The notes under the pieces: generated by a model
Seen by the model: the letters and a program-made list of their open reading frames with translations, nothing else
What the model was told of the DNA's origin: nothing
The model's database searches: none
In this document: piece after piece, positions 61,929 to 64,000 of the stretch
Position numbering within the stretch: the first letter of the stretch is position 1
How the letters are laid out: the number at the start of each line of letters is the position of its first letter
Position numbers and translations under genes: made by a program
Origin: Candidatus Peribacteria bacterium
GTDB lineage: Bacteria; Patescibacteriota; Gracilibacteria; Peribacterales; Peribacteraceae
DNA: 64,000 nucleotides
Assembly: GCA_043776335.1 (NCBI GenBank)
Contig: JAYVRL010000011.1
Location: 23,643 to 87,642 of the forward strand
Direction: 5' to 3'

Positions 61929-62822
61929 ATGGCCACTCCGCTGACAAAGAAGGACTTGTACACTTTTCTCGAGGAAAAAGGTGAAGTTGTCGATATACCT
62001 TCTTCGCTTGCATGGCGGGAGGAAACTGATGTAAATGTGAAGGCAGGGATCTACGAAGAGCTTGTAAAACTGTCTTCAGAAACACTGCGGAAAAGCAGAT
62101 CGATCATCGATATTTGCTCAGGCCACTGTCCGGTTGAGTGTGAAATGGGAAGCGAAATGCTCGGAGGGAAAAAGGTGATCTGCCTTGAAGCAAATCCCGT
62201 ATCGATCGTGAGCTCCGTTCAGAGACTGTCCGAGCGCAACATCCTCAGTCGTATCGTGGTTCCAGATGGGGAAATCGAAGAATCCGATGCGCCCATCACC
62301 TTTCTTTTCAGTGAAATAACAAAATCTCGTGCTGCGATGGACGCACTTCTTCAAGGGGGTGCCGATCTTTCGATCTTCACATTTGCCGGAGCTTGCGCAC
62401 GACTTGCGTCGTCAGAAACCGACAGGACGGCACGGCAGAAAAAGTTGCAGCAATTAACCACCGATGTCATTTTTGAAGGTTTGGCTGCCGCTTCTCTTCA
62501 CACGAAAAAAGACGGGGCGCTCATTCGTGCCGAACGCATTGTTATTCCGAGTGATGAGAAGGTTGAGAAAAAGGCAGTGCGTCAAATGGAGGAAGATCTT
62601 CACAAGATAACATCTCCTTTCTGGGTCATTGAAAGTTCAAAAATGTTGGCACATCACGGTGTCATCAATGAAGCACACATCCGGATGCTGAGCGCGCAAG
62701 GCATCAATCCGGCAAGGATGCATGAAAGGGTTACAACTCACACGCTTCGACGCAACGGCAAACCATTTGATGCGACATTGCTTCACTCGAGAAAAAGTGA
62801 CTCCATGAGCAACCGTCTTTGA
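61929..62822 (+). CDS. Hypothetical protein (weak methyltransferase-like motif)
   Basis: IIDICSGHCPV faintly resembles SAM motif I; otherwise unrecognised. Clearly AT-richer than its neighbours. Confidence 0.55.
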   Translation: MATPLTKKDLYTFLEEKGEVVDIPSSLAWREETDVNVKAGIYEELVKLSSETLRKSRSIIDICSGHCPVECEMGSEMLGGKKVICLEANPVSIVSSVQRLSERNILSRIVVPDGEIEESDAPITFLFSEITKSRAAMDALLQGGADLSIFTFAGACARLASSETDRTARQKKLQQLTTDVIFEGLAAASLHTKKDGALIRAERIVIPSDEKVEKKAVRQMEEDLHKITSPFWVIESSKMLAHHGVINEAHIRMLSAQGINPARMHERVTTHTLRRNGKPFDATLLHSRKSDSMSNRL

Positions 62823-62893
62823 GCGACGCATAAGGAAACCTCCTCGGCTTTCGCGGGGCATGGGAACTGGGTTGGATGGCTCTTTTTTCATGT

Positions 62894-64000
62894 TTACAGC
62901 TCCCGCTTCAGGAGCTCGATTTCATCGCGCAGATCGGCTGCTTTTTCGAATTCCATGTTCTCCGCCGCCAGTTCCATTTGCTCCGTGAGCTCTTCCACGA
63001 GACGCTTCTTCTCGTCCTTCGGGATCTTCTGATGATCATACTTCTTGCGGCCGAGCTTCAGCTTGCTGTGTTCTTCCGCGATGTCTTTGATCGCCTTGAT
63101 GATCGATTGCGGAGTGATGCCGTGTTTCGTGTTATGCGCTTCTTGGATCGCGCGACGACGATTCGTTTCGTCGATGGCGGCTTGCATCGCGGGCGTCATT
63201 TTGTCGGCGTACAGCGTCACGTGACCGCTGATATTGCGAGCCGCGCGGCCGATGGTCTGGATGAGCGCATCGCGCGAACGAAGGAAGCCTTGTTGATCGG
63301 CATCGAGAATCGCGATGAAGCTGACCTCGGGCAGGTCGAGGCCTTCTCGAAGCAAGTTGATGCCGACGAGGATGTCGATCTCGCCTGAGCGGAGTTGCCT
63401 GAGGATCTCAATGCGCTCCATCGTCTCAATGTCGCTATGGAGGTAACGCACGTTGTAATCGGCGTCGTTGTAGTACGTCGCGAGGTCCTCGGCGCTTTTC
63501 TTCGTGAGAGCCGTGATGAGCACGCGTTCGCCGCGTTTGATGGTTTCGTTGATTTCTTTCGTGATGTCGTCGATTTGATGTTTTTTCGGACGGATGGTTA
63601 CGATCGGATCCAGTAGTCCCGTCGGACGGATGATCTGTTCCACGAGGCGGTCTTTCGCCGTGTTCTTGAACTCGTATTGGCCGGGAGTCGCCGAGACGTA
63701 CACGGCTTGGAACACGCGCTTTTCGAATTCGTGAAATTGCAACGGACGATTGTCCGTCGCGCTCGGCAAGCGGAATCCGTAGTCTATGAGCGTTTTCTTG
63801 CGTTGCAAGTTTCCTTCGTACATGCCGCCGATCTGCGGGATCGAGATATGCGATTCGTCGATGAACGTCACGAAATCTTCCGGAAAATAATCGAGGAGCG
63901 TCTCGGGTGGAGAACCCGGTTCGCGATTGCCGAAGTAGCGCACATAGTTCTCGATGCCCGTGCAGTAGCCCGTTTCTTTCAGCATCTCGATGTCGTACTC
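62894..64000 (-). CDS. uvrB: Excinuclease ABC subunit B (C-terminal part; continues beyond the window)
   Basis: [29 protein letters not shown], helicase C motifs and the C-terminal UVR domain [19 protein letters not shown]. The frame is open to position 64000. Confidence 0.93.
   Translation of the reverse strand, partial: EYDIEMLKETGYCTGIENYVRYFGNREPGSPPETLLDYFPEDFVTFIDESHISIPQIGGMYEGNLQRKKTLIDYGFRLPSATDNRPLQFHEFEKRVFQAVYVSATPGQYEFKNTAKDRLVEQIIRPTGLLDPIVTIRPKKHQIDDITKEINETIKRGERVLITALTKKSAEDLATYYNDADYNVRYLHSDIETMERIEILRQLRSGEIDILVGINLLREGLDLPEVSFIAILDADQQGFLRSRDALIQTIGRAARNISGHVTLYADKMTPAMQAAIDETNRRRAIQEAHNTKHGITPQSIIKAIKDIAEEHSKLKLGRKKYDHQKIPKDEKKRLVEELTEQMELAAENMEFEKAADLRDEIELLKREL

Overview
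This is a GC-rich, densely coding 64-kb bacterial chromosomal segment. I call about 63 CDS and 3 tRNAs, all with an encoded CCA. I saw no rRNA, CRISPR array, transposase, integrase or phage genes.

The backbone is housekeeping:
- Replication and repair: dnaN, mfd, a tandem-OB ssb, dnaE, recJ, the uvrB 3' part, comM/yifB and yraN.
- Peptidoglycan and envelope: murA, lspA, ftsW, murG, murB, a lipoprotein cyclophilin and an SLH protein.
- Translation: gltX, aspS, tsaC.
- Glucan metabolism: glgP, pgm/pmm, galU.
- Other: pABA synthesis (pabA plus a fused pabB-pabC), pyrF, nrdR, hsp20 and apbE.

The lineage cannot be assigned from this window. There is no rRNA, and the many unrecognisable proteins suggest an under-studied group.

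Most notable observations:
1. An 8.2-kb operon of five translationally coupled, Cys-rich secreted or membrane-anchored proteins lies between ssb and dnaE (18589-26822). I recognise no family for any of them, and they may be distant paralogs.
2. A dispersed repeat family is built from inverted arrays of a degenerate heptamer (AGCGGAT / ATCCGCT), with four copies in the window. One copy lies inside the dnaE reading frame. Another encloses a four-helix-bundle (23S-rRNA-IVS-protein/Avd-like) gene directly upstream of recJ.
3. About 27 start codons have a -10-like TAnnnT hexamer only about 5-10 nt upstream and no Shine-Dalgarno. This suggests mostly leaderless or near-leaderless expression.
4. The SSB has two OB folds in one polypeptide.
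5. A membrane-anchored ECF-sigma-like protein is start/stop-coupled to a secreted Cys-rich-repeat protein.

All family names come from motif recognition by eye and from memory. No searches were run.
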